A stretch of DNA of 64,000 nucleotides from Antedon mediterranea (taxonomy: Eukaryota > Animalia > Echinodermata), in assembly GCF_964355755.1 (NCBI RefSeq), contig NC_092679.1:21311432-21375431 (forward strand), written 5' to 3'. Shown piece after piece: positions 1-26,806 of the stretch. The translations under genes were made by a program, and so were the position numbers. The notes below the pieces were generated by a model. That model saw only the letters and a list, made by a program, of their open reading frames with translations, made no database searches and was not told the DNA's origin. Positions within the stretch are counted from its first letter, which is position 1; the number at the start of each line of letters is the position of its first letter.

Positions 1-109
1 TTTAATGCATGTATTTTCCTCTGGACACTGCTCAGGGGTCCCCATAAGCCCCCAGGGTTTAGCCACTGACTGTACCCCATTCTTATTGATAGTGGTAGTT
101 CAAAATTAA

Positions 110-12451
<12,342 letters not shown>

Positions 12452-13344
12452 GTAGAAATAAAAATATCATTTTGGTAACATCAAAAAAACAATCATCAGA
12501 TTTGCTTCCGATATAGCTATTATCAATTATGTGTTGACATCCAGTATCTAAAAAAAATATTAAATGTTTTAAATGTAATGTCAAAAATAAGAGTGTACCA
12601 GCAGTAAAATTAATAAAAATAATTGGTGTAAAAGTTAACAGTAATAATATTTATTATTTGTTAAAAATTATTGAATTTGAAAAAATATTAAATAAAATCA
12701 ATGTGTGCATTTTAAATATATTCAAATTATTGCTAAAAAATACAAAAATGTAGATACTGTTTCTGAAAATGTGTGTATGCTTTTTAAATGAGCTACATTT
12801 TAGTTAATTTTGGATATTCTTAAGGTTTTCTCAGTAGAATTAGAATTGCAATTTAAAAGTTTTTTTGTGGTTATAATTATGTTAAACTTTCCGAATTATG
12901 AAATAAATAAATAATAAATGTTCATAATTATAAATCAATTACATAATGCAAAATATTTTTGAATTATTTGCAAGCGATTTCTAACGGATAAAAATTCGCT
13001 AGATTTCAAGTTATAATAATTATGAAGACATTCTATAGAAAATAAATGAACGCATGATATAAATGTTTGTGGAATAAATGTCATTGAATTGCTGATATTA
13101 TGTTGTTCATTCCATATATTACTTTAATAGTTTAATGTTTTGTGATCAGTGGCATAACGCATAAGACTGATGATTAAGGAAACGGAGGAAAATGGGCGTT
13201 TTCGTCATATTTTAATGCCTGTTTTCCCTCTGGGCACTGCTCAGGGCCCCCCATAAGCTCTGGTAATGTTAAACAATTGCTTTTGGGTATTTGAGTCCAA
13301 AACTGTATTTCAACTTATTGTTTAAAAAACAGCATGAGCCAGAT

Positions 13345-13456
13345 TTTTCAGACAAAAATCGAAACGTCAACTGGTGGACTAGACTTTCCCCAGGTCTGTA
13401 GTTAATGTCTTTTTTATGTTAGTGCACCAGTCGACGTTTCGATTTTTGTCTGAAAA
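13345..13456. repeat. Inverted repeat / small foldback element, about 37-bp arms
   Basis: ttttcagacaaaaatcgaaacgtcaactggtggacta pairs with tagtgcaccagtcgacgtttcgatttttgtctgaaaa (2 mismatches). Confidence 0.85.
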
Positions 13457-16211
13457 CCACAGACTTGTGAGCTCAACATCATATGTGCCAAAATGTTTAT
13501 CTCTTTACTAACATTTAAGTCAAAACTCTGTCTAGAACCTAAACTACTGGTGCTCTAACAAAGGACAATAAGTACAGACAGGAATTTTAGACTCCCCAAA
13601 CCAACCTCTTCTTTACTTCCTCTCCGGTGACAATTAAATGTAGGCCTAGTTTGAAACCATAGTATAAATGTTTCTAGGTACTAACACAAAAAGAAAGACA
13701 GAAGTCATGAAATATCTTAAAAGTACCCAAAAAAGACGTCAATCATATGGATTACGATTGAGATGACGCAGAGGAATCATCTCCATCGCTCCGTTCCCTT
13801 TGAAGCTTCCAAATGAGAGTTGCCGAAACAGTACGGTACTCTCGGAGCTCGAGTGAAGAAGGCGTCCGACTATTCTATTCAACAAAAATCGAATTCAAAT
13901 TCACAAAAGACAAACAAAGTAGTTTGTAAAAAAAGATGTTGCAGCCTTAAAACATTTTCTTTAAAATATCAATTGACACGTTTCTTTAATACTGTAGCCT
14001 ATGAGGATGGTGGATTCAAAGACGAGCAGAGGAAATTATCTATCATTTTAATAATAGAAAACAGTAGTAGGTGGTTTTTATGAAAATTGACACTATGTCA
14101 TATACTTGCACATACTGTACGTGTATATCAATATTGCTGCATTAAATATATAGTATTGAATTATAAAAAGCCCATATATTTTGCATGATATTCGCGAAAA
14201 ATGCTTCTAATGTTTCAATAAAACATAGTTCTATGATATAATACAAGAATGATAAGGCATGGACCTACGTGCGAATTATATTATAAAAGATACCTTCCCC
14301 ATGGCGGTTTTTATTTTAGTGTAAAACTTTTCCAATGCAAAGTTATTTTTGTACCCCATGTGTAATATAGATATTGTCGATTCTGAAAGTTAGTTTTAGT
14401 TAAATCACGTAAGTTTTTTGACACATTTTGACCACCTCAAATAAAACACAACCCATCTTCAGACCGTTTAAAAAAGGTGAATATTCCGAGCGATTTTTCT
14501 TTATTCTTTATTTCAAGCCGACAGTGTAAAACACCAATAACAGGTTGAAAATAAAATAACTAAACTACAAAATATATGCCAATATAAATATATATAAAAA
14601 TGTAAATAAGATTATTTAAATAATTATGAGCACAAGTCTATTTTTATTTAAGTCGAGCTTCTTTATTAATTCGATAGACAAGAGCGAGCTATCGATATTA
14701 TTTATCCAATCAGTGCAGATTGTTTCATTGACGTAATAGAACAATGTGCATTCTCAATATTGATCACCTGCGTGGTTTAATTTGAATATTCATTAGAACA
14801 CCTTATGCAAGAACAACAAGCGGCATTCCTTTGTACGAAGTCAATGGAGGAGGGTGCGAATTGATAGAGGCGCTTAGTAGGTATGGTATAACAGATATTT
14901 AACATGGTATGAATACTAAAACATGAAATAAGGACTATTGCATAAACTAAACAGATTAGGTGCATATTAGCTCCAACTTAAAGTTAGAATGGGGTAAAAT
15001 TATCTGTTTTGAATGGGTATAAAAATAATGTTGACGGCTTACTGTGAATATTTCATTGTTTAATAATCCGCATATACAGTAACGGAAAATTGTATTGGCC
15101 TATTATTAAAGAATACAACAAAAAATGACCAAATAGTGACCATTGCGGATAGAGAGAAATTCTAGTTGTTAATTTTGGTACACCAAGTAAACTAACATGA
15201 ATTATGGGCCGACATATTTTAGCGTGGGTCGGGTTCTGTCGCTGTTTGAACTACCCCAAGTATCTCGCTCAGTTTGATTATATTATTATAACTTTTTCGT
15301 TTACAGGTCGTAGATAATGATTGTTGAAATCCGCCATTTTTATAAAGCCAACTTTATGCAAAATTCTTGATGACGACCTACTGACGTCACTTGACGTTTG
15401 CGCCTTGTTATCCTCCTGACGAAGACGATGCTCAGAACTGGTATACGTGAAGAAACATAGTAAGACCTAACAAGTCGAACCATTAAAACTAAAATACGTG
15501 AATAAACACGCGCGCGCGTATAATCATTCTGATTACACGTATGGTAGTGTTAATGGTTCGTTATTTTTCAGGTTAACTAACACATGTTTAGTTAATTATG
15601 CAAATTACAGGTGAACAGAACTGGCTGCAGAATCTTTTCTTTTAACCCCTTCCTCAAAACACATAAACCATAATGGTATTTATGTGTTTATGTTGTATCA
15701 TGCACGACACCAATATTATTTATGTTTTACATGCTAATTTGCATATCATTATCACGCTCATATACCTATATGTATGCGCATGTGATATGACAATGCATAA
15801 TGTATACCACTATGTATATTTTTTTTCCTTTATTAACATAGCAAGAACCGACAACGCCTGGATGAAAATAGCTGATATTACAACTATTTATATTAGCATT
15901 ACGTGACTGTGTTTTATTATTATTACTCATGTAAATGAATAAAGAATTAAGAAAAAAAAAGTTGTCTGTTGTCCTCTTTTGACTATAGTTTGATTTATTT
16001 AGTTAACTACGGTAGTTAAGACAAAATTAACATTTTAAATCATAATGTTTAGTGCATGATACAACATACCGGCGTAAAATATCCCTATAATGTTGTACGC
16101 CGGCTCCCATAATTTGTATCTACAGGTGGATTACTAGCAGGTAAGTGACTAACGCAGCAAGACATCCGGTTTGAGTTGGTAAGTTATAAGTAAGCCGGGG
16201 AACCACACCGC

Positions 16212-16282
16212 GTTTGTGATTAAATGACTAGGTTTGTGATTAGATGACTAGGTCTGTGATTAGATAACTAGGTTTGTGATTT
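16212..16282. repeat. 20-bp minisatellite (gtttgtgattagatgactag), about 3.5 copies
   Basis: Direct tandem units. Confidence 0.85.
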
Positions 16283-17688
16283 AGCTAATCAAACTCATGT
16301 TACTTTTTATTTATTTATTTGTTTTCTCTTTAACGGATTGTTAGTAGCCACTGCTTCTGACAAAGTCACGTTGAGAGAATCTATACTCTGTCAATTCTAT
16401 CTTTTCCAGCGTTATGTTGTCTTCTGAGACAGCATGATGTCTTCTGCGACATCTAACTTACGTGTTCTATCTTTCTATCCAGTGACCTAGCAAATCTTGC
16501 ATGTCACTAACTTAAAATAATATTTCCGTCGAATTCGGTTATCAAAAGGCTGTATAGGGCGGCTCTTTGAATAACTGTATTTGATATAAAATAGATGTTT
16601 CTAAATGAAAAACTGAAAAAATAAAGAAATTAAAAATAAAGAAACCTTTAAAATGTTGAAAAAGGTTCACATAGAAGTCTATATAGGGAGGCTTCTTGCA
16701 ATCTTTTCGACAATAAAGTAATCTATAATTTAATAATAAAATGGTAATAATAATAATAATACTACTATAATAGTACTATAATTAACAGCAATCCATTCAT
16801 TCACTATTCTCATTGACATTATACATATACATACGGCCTTCCCCACTATCAAAAACTTGTATAGGAAAATGTATTGTAAACTGCCTTCCAGTCATTTTAG
16901 TGTCCAGTATTAGAAAAATGTAAGCGCGACCTTTAAGGTATAGGGCAATTTTGTAAACTGTCTGCTAAATGGCATGGAACTCAGTATCGAACATCTGTGT
17001 AAACTAACACAATTTAAAAATTCTCTAGGACTCGTTATGCGAGTTTGGTTGATAGCATGCGAGTTTCACGGCCTAGTACCTCGTCGTTTTCAGTCAGTTA
17101 TTTAAGAGTGTACTTCTGTACCCTATAGAAATAACTATGAAATGTCAGTGGTAACGATTTGGTGAGAATGGTTGGTTTTTAGGTCCTGTTCCAACCTTAA
17201 ACCAGCTTGTAAATTTAAATTTTTGGAACAATGTTTTGTTGTATGTTGATACGGTTTGTATGATTCTTTTTTATCTTTTCAAAAAGTTGTTGATGACTGA
17301 CCGAAGCAATTTAATTAGTTTTTCAACAAAAAAAAACAAAACAATCAACAAGATTTATTTACTGGTCATCAGTTTTTAAAACCAGTGGCACACACTGTCA
17401 AAACTGTAAAACCAGAATAAAACAATAAAAAAGAGCAAAATAATGAAAGTAAAAAATAAAGAAAATCCAAAACATCTTCTTTAGACCGCCAGCATGTAAA
17501 ATGTCTCCTGTAATCTTTGTATGAGCTGAGTAGTTTTACATCCCTCTGCATCCTCTTTGATCATCTTTATTATCTGGTTTCGGCCAAGATCTTTTTTCTG
17601 TATTTTGCAGTTTCAGGCTTCTTATGGCTTAGCCTCAGTAATGTGTACAATACCACCAAGAGGTTGTGCTATTTGCGTAGAGAGCCAT

Positions 17689-17830
17689 ATGGCGCATTGG
17701 TAAAGGAATTGGACTAGCATCTAAGAAGAAGCACAAGTCAACCTTGGGACATATTGCTTGTATCCTTAAGATGCTTTACTCTCATTGCTTTCTTATGGAC
17801 CTAAAGCCGTTGGTTCCGTGTGTAAACACC
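17689..17830 (+). mobile_element. Degenerate tRNA-derived SINE remnant
   Basis: A-box-like tggcgcattggtaa, CORE-like gtatccttaag...ctttactctcattgct, and ggacctaaagccgttgg. Confidence 0.5.
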
Positions 17831-18929
17831 AGTCTGTTAAACATATTTGACATTGGTCCACTATTCGAAAAGATCAGTGGTATTTGAAAGGATCTTTCCC
17901 ATACACACTGTTGGCCATTTCCAATCTGGTGGCCATTTCAGACAATCCCGCTTGCATTCCCTGTTTGAAATCTCCATTTCTCATTTGACATGGCATGATG
18001 TGCTTGCTTGAGGAAACATACAAGGTTCAGTTATGATAATTGTAGGCTAATAATGTCGATTTTCAAGAAATTGGTTCATAAAGGCATGCATTTAATCAGA
18101 CTTCTGCTACTTGTTGACTTTTATTTTGTTTAATAACAGTAACTGTAACTACTACCATTTATTTCATTTATCAGTGTGGATTGATTTTGTACTCTTTTGT
18201 GTGGCGGAGTGATATTGACGTTGTTATTGCACATGTGCATTATGGCGGAGTTATACATGTAACCCATTCCATATCAAAAAATAATTAATATCATTCGCAT
18301 ACTGTATTGCATTGGATTCTATGGACGTTCAGAACTGAGCCTTACAGACTTTAGCTGTGGATTTATGTATTTTAACACTTACTAAAATTGATAATAAAAG
18401 TAAAAGTATCAGAAGTCGTCCTAAATAATGTAGGCCTAAAATGGAAAAAAATATTATTTGCTAAACCTTTCTTTATTCTGCAAGCTGGGTATCTGGAAAT
18501 GGCCAACAAAATATGATATATATTGTATCCCTGGTATCATACCGGGTAAGAGAAAAATTAGTTGAATACAGCCCATAAATTATATTATTCATATTATTAG
18601 CATTTTCCATAGAAATCAACTAATTTATTACCTTCTCTTTAGAGAGACAGGGTATTTATTGTGCTTTGTAGGTACTTAGACTGAAAGTATTTGGACCAAG
18701 TTTAAGACCAGTTGAATGGTAGGCTAATTTTGTTCTATCACAGTATACTCGCTATGCACAATTCTATTGAAAAATGTTATTAATATTGTATAGTTAAGAT
18801 ATGAACTGTTTATTTTTGTTAACTTAGGTTTTAGGATGATCATTTTATTCTGTACTTTCTAAGGAAGAAAAGGCTGAATACACGCTAAATATATTAATAC
18901 CTTGTGCCAATGTTTTTTTCTTTTGCAGT

Positions 18930-19740
18930 AGACAATATTAGAAGTTGTCAGAAGTATGACTTGGGGTGTACAGTATTTTATGCGGATGAATATGAGCAGA
19001 CAATATTAGAAGTTGACAGAAGTATGACTTGGGGTGTACAGTAGTTTATGCGGATGAATATCAGAAGGCTGTGAATTGGGGTATGGTTTCGGCTGATGAA
19101 ACTCATTATTATATAATTCTTACCTAAAAGAAATAATTGACACACGAAAGAATAAACAACAAATACCTTTCAATCTAACAATTGAATTGACAAAAACTAT
19201 TAAATAAAACAAAATAACATGATGAATAATTAAGGTTAGTCAAAACATTGAATTGATTTAATTTTTTTTTACTTTTCAGATCATTTTGCTGCGTTTATTT
19301 GTGACGAAATTGCGGATGAATATATATAAAGATTATTTTATTATTAGAAGCAGATATGTTTAAGCATTGCGGATGAATATGAGATGATATCTATAAGGAG
19401 TTTTACCAGAAAGGTGTGACTTGCAGTATGGTTTAATATGCAGATGAACAGTAAGCCGCCAAAATTAAAATCAGTTACTAGAAGGTTGCGATTGGTTGTA
19501 TGTTCTCTGCAGATGAATATCAGACGATAAGAGAAGCAGGAAATATGAATATCAGACAATAATTATGAAAAGCAGATATCAGAAGCCGGTGAATAGTGGT
19601 ATGGTTTCTGGGTAAATTAAAATTAAAAGATATTACGAGAAGTTACCAGAAAGCTGTGATTGGTGTTGATGGTTTCTGCGGATGAACATAGACATTACGA
19701 ACAATATTAAATCATTCAGAAGAATGTGATTGTTTGATAT
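18930..19740. repeat. Old, diverged about 69-bp tandem repeat region
   Basis: Two near-identical copies at 18930-19062 (agacaatattagaagttg...gcggatgaatat); the motif gc(g/a)gatgaa recurs to about 19690. Confidence 0.7.
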
Positions 19741-20439
19741 GGTGCATTAACTATATTATGCCTTATTATATTGTGCCTTATTATATTATATAATTCTAAA
19801 CAATTGGCAATAATACTGGTAATTTACTAAAATTGAACCAAATTTAAAAACATATACTGTATTGGAAAAAAACATAGGAAAAAACGTATTGAATTTACTC
19901 TTTGAATAGAGGTTGTGTTGTTTCTGCTATGTGTATTCTACTATTTACTCATTTCATCAAATGTCTTTAAAACCTCTGAACTCATTTAACATAACCAATT
20001 GTAAACGATATCATGTTTTTTTTTTAACTTAGGTGCGATTAGAATTTAGCTAACGCGTAGAGTAAGTTTTTTTAGATTAGTTAGGGAGTACTGTATGTAA
20101 GGAGTGTTATCGTTTACATCTCACTTTCATCCAACCATCTCTATCAACGTACTAACCCTTATTTCTATTTCTATTGGTCAATTTCGAAATACAACACTGC
20201 CTATATCTGAATGAAATGTTGAAATGAAATTTGAATTCCACTAATTTTTACAAAACAAAAATTCCAATTTTAATTCCGAAATAAAAATGTATATTTAACA
20301 TATTTGTAAATAGAATTATAGAGTTTTCTCTTGCACATAATTAATATAACGAGGTATAATATGTAACACTTTATGTTAAATTTCTGATGAGTAGGCCTAA
20401 GATGCTGCCTATGAAATTTTTGCTCTCCGAAGTGCCCAC

Positions 20440-20482
20440 TTTACGTAATGGACCCTGCCAACCTCAGGGTCCATTACGTAAA
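20440..20482. repeat. Perfect hairpin, 18-bp arms, 7-nt loop
   Basis: tttacgtaatggaccctg-ccaacct-cagggtccattacgtaaa. Confidence 0.9.
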
Positions 20483-20904
20483 CTATGTAGAACTGTATAA
20501 ATGTTTGTTATGATTTTATGGTATCGTAGTAACGAAAAAAAAAAGGAATTTGTAGAAAATGACAAAAATATGCACTTTTCTAAAAATAATTTATTATGCC
20601 CTAATAATTATTTGTATATGTGCACGCATATCATCTTACGGTGTCATGGTAACCAATCAGCCCATTTCGAAAATAGCCTGTTTAAAATATTTAGGGTATT
20701 GAGGTAACATTCGCAGAATACACTATGTGATATTACAAATAATATAATATATGTATTAATAATGTTGTTAACATTTTTTTTCCTAAAATGGCAAAAATAT
20801 CAAGTTTTTAAAATTAGGTTATTATGCGATAATATTGCTGTATATGATCATATATTGCTTATCATCATCTTATAGTGCCATAAAACTCCGGTATGTAGAA
20901 AAAT

Positions 20905-23900
20905 AACGCATGCTTATTATACTATAGCAACCAGTTATGTCAAAAAATAAAAGAGTCGAAAATTCACCATTTTTCGAAAAATTCCCTGTACTATAGTACA
21001 GGGATTTTTTCAAGAAATTTCCCTTATTTCGACCTTTTTATTATTCGATAAAAATGGTTACTATAGCATAATTGACATGCGCAAAACCTATTATTCGACT
21101 CTGCGCATGTTTATTATGCTATGGTAACTATTTATATCAAAAAGAATAAAAACTGTTTACTATAGCATAATTGACATGCGCTGAACCTATTATTCGACTC
21201 TGCGCATGTTTATTATGCTATAGTAACCATTTATATCAAAAAAATAAAAACTGTTTTCTATAACATAATTGACATGCGCAGAACCTATTATTCGACTCTG
21301 CGCATGCTTATTATACTATAGCAACCAGTTATGTCAACAAATAAAAGAGTCGAAAATTCACCATTTTTCGAAAAATTCCCTGTACTATAGTACAGGGATT
21401 TTTTCAAGAAATTTCCCTTATTTCGACCTTTTTATTTTTCGATAAAAATGGTTACTATAGCATAATTGACATGCGCGGAACCTATTATTCGACTCTGCGC
21501 ATGTTTATTATGCTATAGTGACCATTTATGTCAAAAAGAATAAAAACTGTTTACTATAGCATAATTGACATGCGCAGAACTTATTATTCGACTCTGCGCA
21601 TGCTTATTATGCTATAGTAACCAGTTATGTCAAAAAATAAAAGGGTCAAAAATTCGCCATTTCTCGAAAATTTCCATGTACTATAGCATAATTAACATGC
21701 GCAGAACCTATTATTCGACTCTGCGCATGTTTATTATGCTATAGTAACCATTTATATAAAAACAAAATAAAAACTGTTTACTATAGCATAATTGACATGC
21801 GCAGAACCTATTATTCGACTCTGTGCATGCTTATTATGCTATAGTAACCAGTTATGTCAAAAAATAAAAGGGTCGAAAATTCGCCATTTTTCGAAAATTT
21901 ACCTGAACTATAGTACAGGGATTTTTTCAAAAAATGTCCAAATTTCGACCTTTTTATTTTTCGATAAAACTGGTTACTATAGCATAATTGACATGCGCAG
22001 AACCTATTATTCGACTCTGCGCATATTTATTATGCTATAGTAACCATTTATATCAAAAATAATAAAAACTGTTTACTATAGCATAATTGACATGCGCAGA
22101 ATTTATTATTCGACTCTGCGCATGCTTATTATGCTATAGTAACCAGTTATGTCAACAAATAAAACGGTCGAAAATTCGCCATTTCTCGAAAATTTCCCTG
22201 TACTATAGTACAGGAATTTTTTCAAAAAATGTCCAAATTTTGACCTTTCTATTTTTCGATAAAACTGGTTACTATAGCATAATTAACATGCGCAGAACCT
22301 ATTATTCGACTCTGCGCATGTTTATTATGCTATAGTAACCATTTATATCAAAACAAAATAAAAACTGTTTACTATAGCATAATTAACATGCGCAGAACCT
22401 ATTATTCGACTCTGCGCATGTTTATTATGCTATAGTAACCATTTATATCAAAAATAATAAAAACTGTTTACTATAGCATAATTGACATGCGCAGAACCTA
22501 TTATTCGACTCTGAGCATGCTTATTATGCTATAGTAACCAGTAATGTCAAAAAATAAAAGGGTCGAAAATTCGCCATTTTTCGAAAATTTCCCTGAACTA
22601 TAGTACAGGGTTTTTTTCAAAAAATGGCGAAATTTCGACCCTTTTATTTTTCGATAAAACTGGTTACTATAGCATAATTGACATGCGCAGAACCTATTAT
22701 TCGACTCTGCGCATGTTTATTATGCTATAGTAACCAGTTATGTCAAAAAATAAAAGGGTCGAAAATTCGCCATTTTTCGAAAATTTCCCTGAACTATAGT
22801 ACAGGGATTTTTTCAAAAAATGTCCAAATTTCGACCTTTTTATTTTTCGATAAAACTGGTTACTATAGCATAATTGACATGCGCAGAACCTATTATTCGA
22901 CTCTGCGCATGTTTATTATGCTATAGTAACCATTTATATCAAAACAAAATAAAAACTGTTTACTATAGCATAATTGACATGCGCAGAACCTATTATTCGA
23001 CTCTGCGCATGCTTATTATGCTATAGTAACCAGTAATGTTAAAAAATAAAAGGGTCGAAAATTCGCCATTTTTCGAAAATTTCCCTGAACTATAGTACAG
23101 GGATTTTTTCAAAAAATGTCCAAATTTCGACCTTTTTATTTTTCGATAAAACTGGTTACTATAGCATAATTGACATGCGCAGAACCTATTATTCGGCTCT
23201 GCGCATGTTTATTATGCTATAGTAACCATTTATATCAAAACAAAATAAAAACTGTTTACTATAGCATAATTGACATGCGCAGAACCTATTATTTGATTCT
23301 GCACATGTTTATTATGATATAGTAACCATTTATATCAAAAAGAATAAAAACTGTTTACTATAGCATAATTGACATGCGCAGAACCTATTATTCGACTCTG
23401 CGCATGCTTATTATGCTATAGTAACCAGTAATGTCAAAAAATAAAAGGGTCGAAAATTCGCCATTTTTCGAAAATTTCCCTGAACTATATATAGTACAGG
23501 GTTTTTTTCAAAAAATGTCCAAATTTCGACCCTTTTATTTTTCGATAAAACTGGTTACTATAGCATAATTGACATGCGCAGAACCTATTATTCGACTCTG
23601 CGCATGTTTATTATGCCATAGTAACCATTTATATCAAAAAGAATAAAAACTGTTTACTATAGCATAATTGACATGCGCAGAACCTATTATTCGACTCTGC
23701 GCATGCTTATTATGCTATAGTAACCAGTTACGTCAAAAAATAAAAGGGTCGAAAATTCGCCATTTCTCGAAAATTTCCCTGTACTATAGTACAGGGATTT
23801 TTTCAAAAAATGTCCAAATTTCGACCTTTTTATTTTTCGATAAAACTGGTTACTATAGCATAATTGACATGCGCAGAACCTATTATTCGGCTCTGTGCAT

Positions 23901-24165
23901 GTTTATTATGCTATAGTAACCATTTATATCAAAACAAAATAAAAACTGTTTACTATTGCATAATTGACATGCGCAGAACATATTATTTGACTCTGCACAT
24001 GTTTATTATGATATAGTAACCATTTATATAAAAAATAAATAAAAACTGTTTACTACAGCTTAATTGAAATGCGCAGAACCTATTATTCGACTCTGCGCAT
24101 GCTTATTATGCTATAGTAACCAGTTATGTCAAAAAATAAAAACTGTTTACTATTGCATAATTGCT
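20905..24165. repeat. Higher-order satellite made of two palindromic modules (A-A spacing 98-99 bp, A-B-A 196-197 bp, commonest period 295 bp)
   Basis: Module A: ggttactatagcataattgacatgcgcaga-loop-tctgcgcatgtttattatgctatagtaacc. Module B: about 120 bp centred on the perfect palindrome tccctgtactatagtacaggga. Confidence 0.95.
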
Positions 24166-24860
24166 GTATATGATCATATATTGCTTAATCATCATCTTAT
24201 AGTGCCATAGAACCCCGTTATGTCGAAAAATAAAATGGTCGAAAAATGGCCAAAATATCAAGTGTTTAAAATTCAGTTATTATGTGATAATATTGCTATA
24301 TGATCATATATTGCTTTATCATCATCTTATAGTGCCATCGAACCATGTTATCTGGAAAAATAAAATGGTCGAAAATTGGATATTTAAAAAAAAAAATCTT
24401 GTACTTTAGTACAGGGATTTTTTCGAAAAATGGCCAAAATATCAAGTTTTTAAAATTCAGTTATTGTGATCATATATTGCTTATCATCATCTTATAGTGC
24501 CATTGAACCATGTTATCTCGAAAAATAAAATGGTCGAAAATTGGATATTTAAAAAAAAAAATCTTGTACTTTAGTACAGGGATTTTTTCAAAAAATGGCC
24601 AAAATATCAAGTTTTTAAAATTCAGTTATTGTGATCATATATTGCTTATCATCATCTTATAGTGCCATCGAACCATGTTATCTCGAAAAATAAAATGGTC
24701 GAAAATTGGATATTTAAATAAAAAAATCTTGTACTTTAGTACAGGGATTTTTTCGAAAAATGGCCAAAATATCAAGTTTTTAAAATTCAGTTATTGTGAT
24801 CATATATTGCTTTATCATCATCTTATAGTGCCATAAACCCTGTTACGTCGAAAAATAAAA
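24165..24860. repeat. 165-bp satellite containing a diverged module B
   Basis: gatcatatattgc recurs at 24468, 24633 and 24798; the same unit also flanks the array on the left (20785-20905). Confidence 0.9.
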
Positions 24861-26806
24861 AAAAATTGGATTACTATAACACAATATACGTGGAGCATAA
24901 TTGAATTTTGAAAAGTCTATAATATTTTTCGCTAAATTCCCTGAACAGGGTACAGGGATTTTTTATGAAAATGGAAAAATGGTGTCCCTTTTTCACCTAA
25001 CTGGTTTACTATGACACCATACGACTTTATACATGTCACATAATATATAAATATATAAAGAATTAAACAGTGTAGAGTTGCTTGGTATTTTCACAATGTT
25101 TAATTGCTCGCTAGCATGCCACATAAGATGTATGCCAACTACCGTAATCAACTGATTTCACATAGAGATTAAAAAGAACAAAAAAAGCAAACGGCTGAAA
25201 AAAAAAGAACTAAACTCGAGGAAAAAAAAAATAACCTAAACTAAAAATGTACTACATTGAAACTCCAAATGCAGGCTGTGGTGTTGAGAATTATAACGCA
25301 ACAATTTTAAGAATCATTGTTCTAAATCCTAAATTAGTATTAAAAACTGGCACCATTATTTTAAAATTATGCAAGAAAAACAAGATCGTTGTTGAATTTA
25401 TCTCAATTTTTTCGTGAACTATTTTTGTTTATATCTCTATATAAATTCTTATTAGGATACATTTAAATATAATATGTAGATATTATGTGTAGATGATGCA
25501 CCAAAATTGTATCTGTGCTATAACATCATTTCTAAAAATTCAAACGTTTCACATTAAATGCAATGTACACAACTACGAATAGTATCGGCAAAAGCGCCTA
25601 TACCTGGTTACATCTAAGCTAAACATTCAAATTGTGAAAGTGTAGTAAATATTACCAAAAATATAAAGAAAAATAATAACAAATAAAACCTCTATTAAGA
25701 AAATTAATCAGTGTAGTAAATTAAATAATACTTTAACAATCAGATACAAAATTAAGAAAATAATCATTTGAATAACGTGATACACATGTTATGTAAATTA
25801 ATTAATTTAAATATGCTAATTAACCTCTTGTTCATGAGAAGATTAAACTTGTGCGGACAAACACACACAACAAACTGGAGGAAACAAAACACAGATTTCA
25901 GATACTAATACCAAAAATAAGGGTGGTGACCTTTGACATGAAAAATATAAAATACACCATTCACCACCCAAAATGTCTATTAATAAAGGTAGTCGCTATA
26001 AGGTATCATTTTGTTGCTAACAAACACTAATATTATGTGCAACATGATTGTGTAACTACAAACAAGTCTTACTATACTGTGTTTTATTAATTCTAATGAT
26101 AATTTGATTATAAATAAATGATTTCATATAGAAATTAAGTTTAAAAATAATAATCAGTATTAGCATGATACTTGGGTACAATGAACGCAAAAACAATGGT
26201 GTTTAGCAACACTGGACTATCTACTGTGAGAACGGCAATATGGAACAATAGAGCAACAAAATACACACATTATTTAATATACTATCTATTAAATGTCATT
26301 AAGTTTTAGTAAACTTCGATATTAGAAATTATCAATATGCTTTAATTGAATACTTTGGTTATGTTTTACTCATTTACAACAACTTACGAAACTACAAAAA
26401 TGAGAAAATGAATTCCGTCACATTATCTAGAAAAAGCCGTCGCAATTTGGGATCGATCCAGAAAATCACGTCCATTTTTAAGATCTCATTTTCGATCTAA
26501 ATTATTCAAATGTCTAGCAATAATTCTTAATAATTTAAAAGCCTAGGAATCTACACCACACTACATCAATTAATATACACAATGAAACACATTTTTAATT
26601 TTTTAAAATTAAACTTTACAATGAATGAATTCATTTCATTAGATTCACAGGTGCACCTCTTACTACAATTCCTATACTGTTCTTCAAAAAGTCCACAATA
26701 TTCAGCACTCTTCTACATTTGGAATTTCAAATTTTTAATTTACACACTTTTATTTTTCAATTCTATTTTATAATAATAAAGTAAGCATTTATTTATTTAA
26801 ATTTTC

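Noticed and set aside
15412-15480. cctcCTGACGAagac hammerhead-like start
   Set aside because: No properly placed stem II partner and GAAA/UH; at most a decayed remnant.
17460-17640. Possible LINE ORF remnant on the minus strand (GRNQIIKMIKEDAEGC...)
   Set aside because: Too short and degenerate to assign without a profile search.
20378-20420. Hammerhead-like CTGATGA-gtaggc..gcctat-GAAA
   Set aside because: Core and stem II are present, but no stem I/III or cleavage triplet arrangement could be built.
21792-23916. Four near-identical 82-aa ORFs (MTCAEPIIRL...)
   Set aside because: By-products of the 295-bp satellite period; TTG starts, no splice signals or protein-like features.
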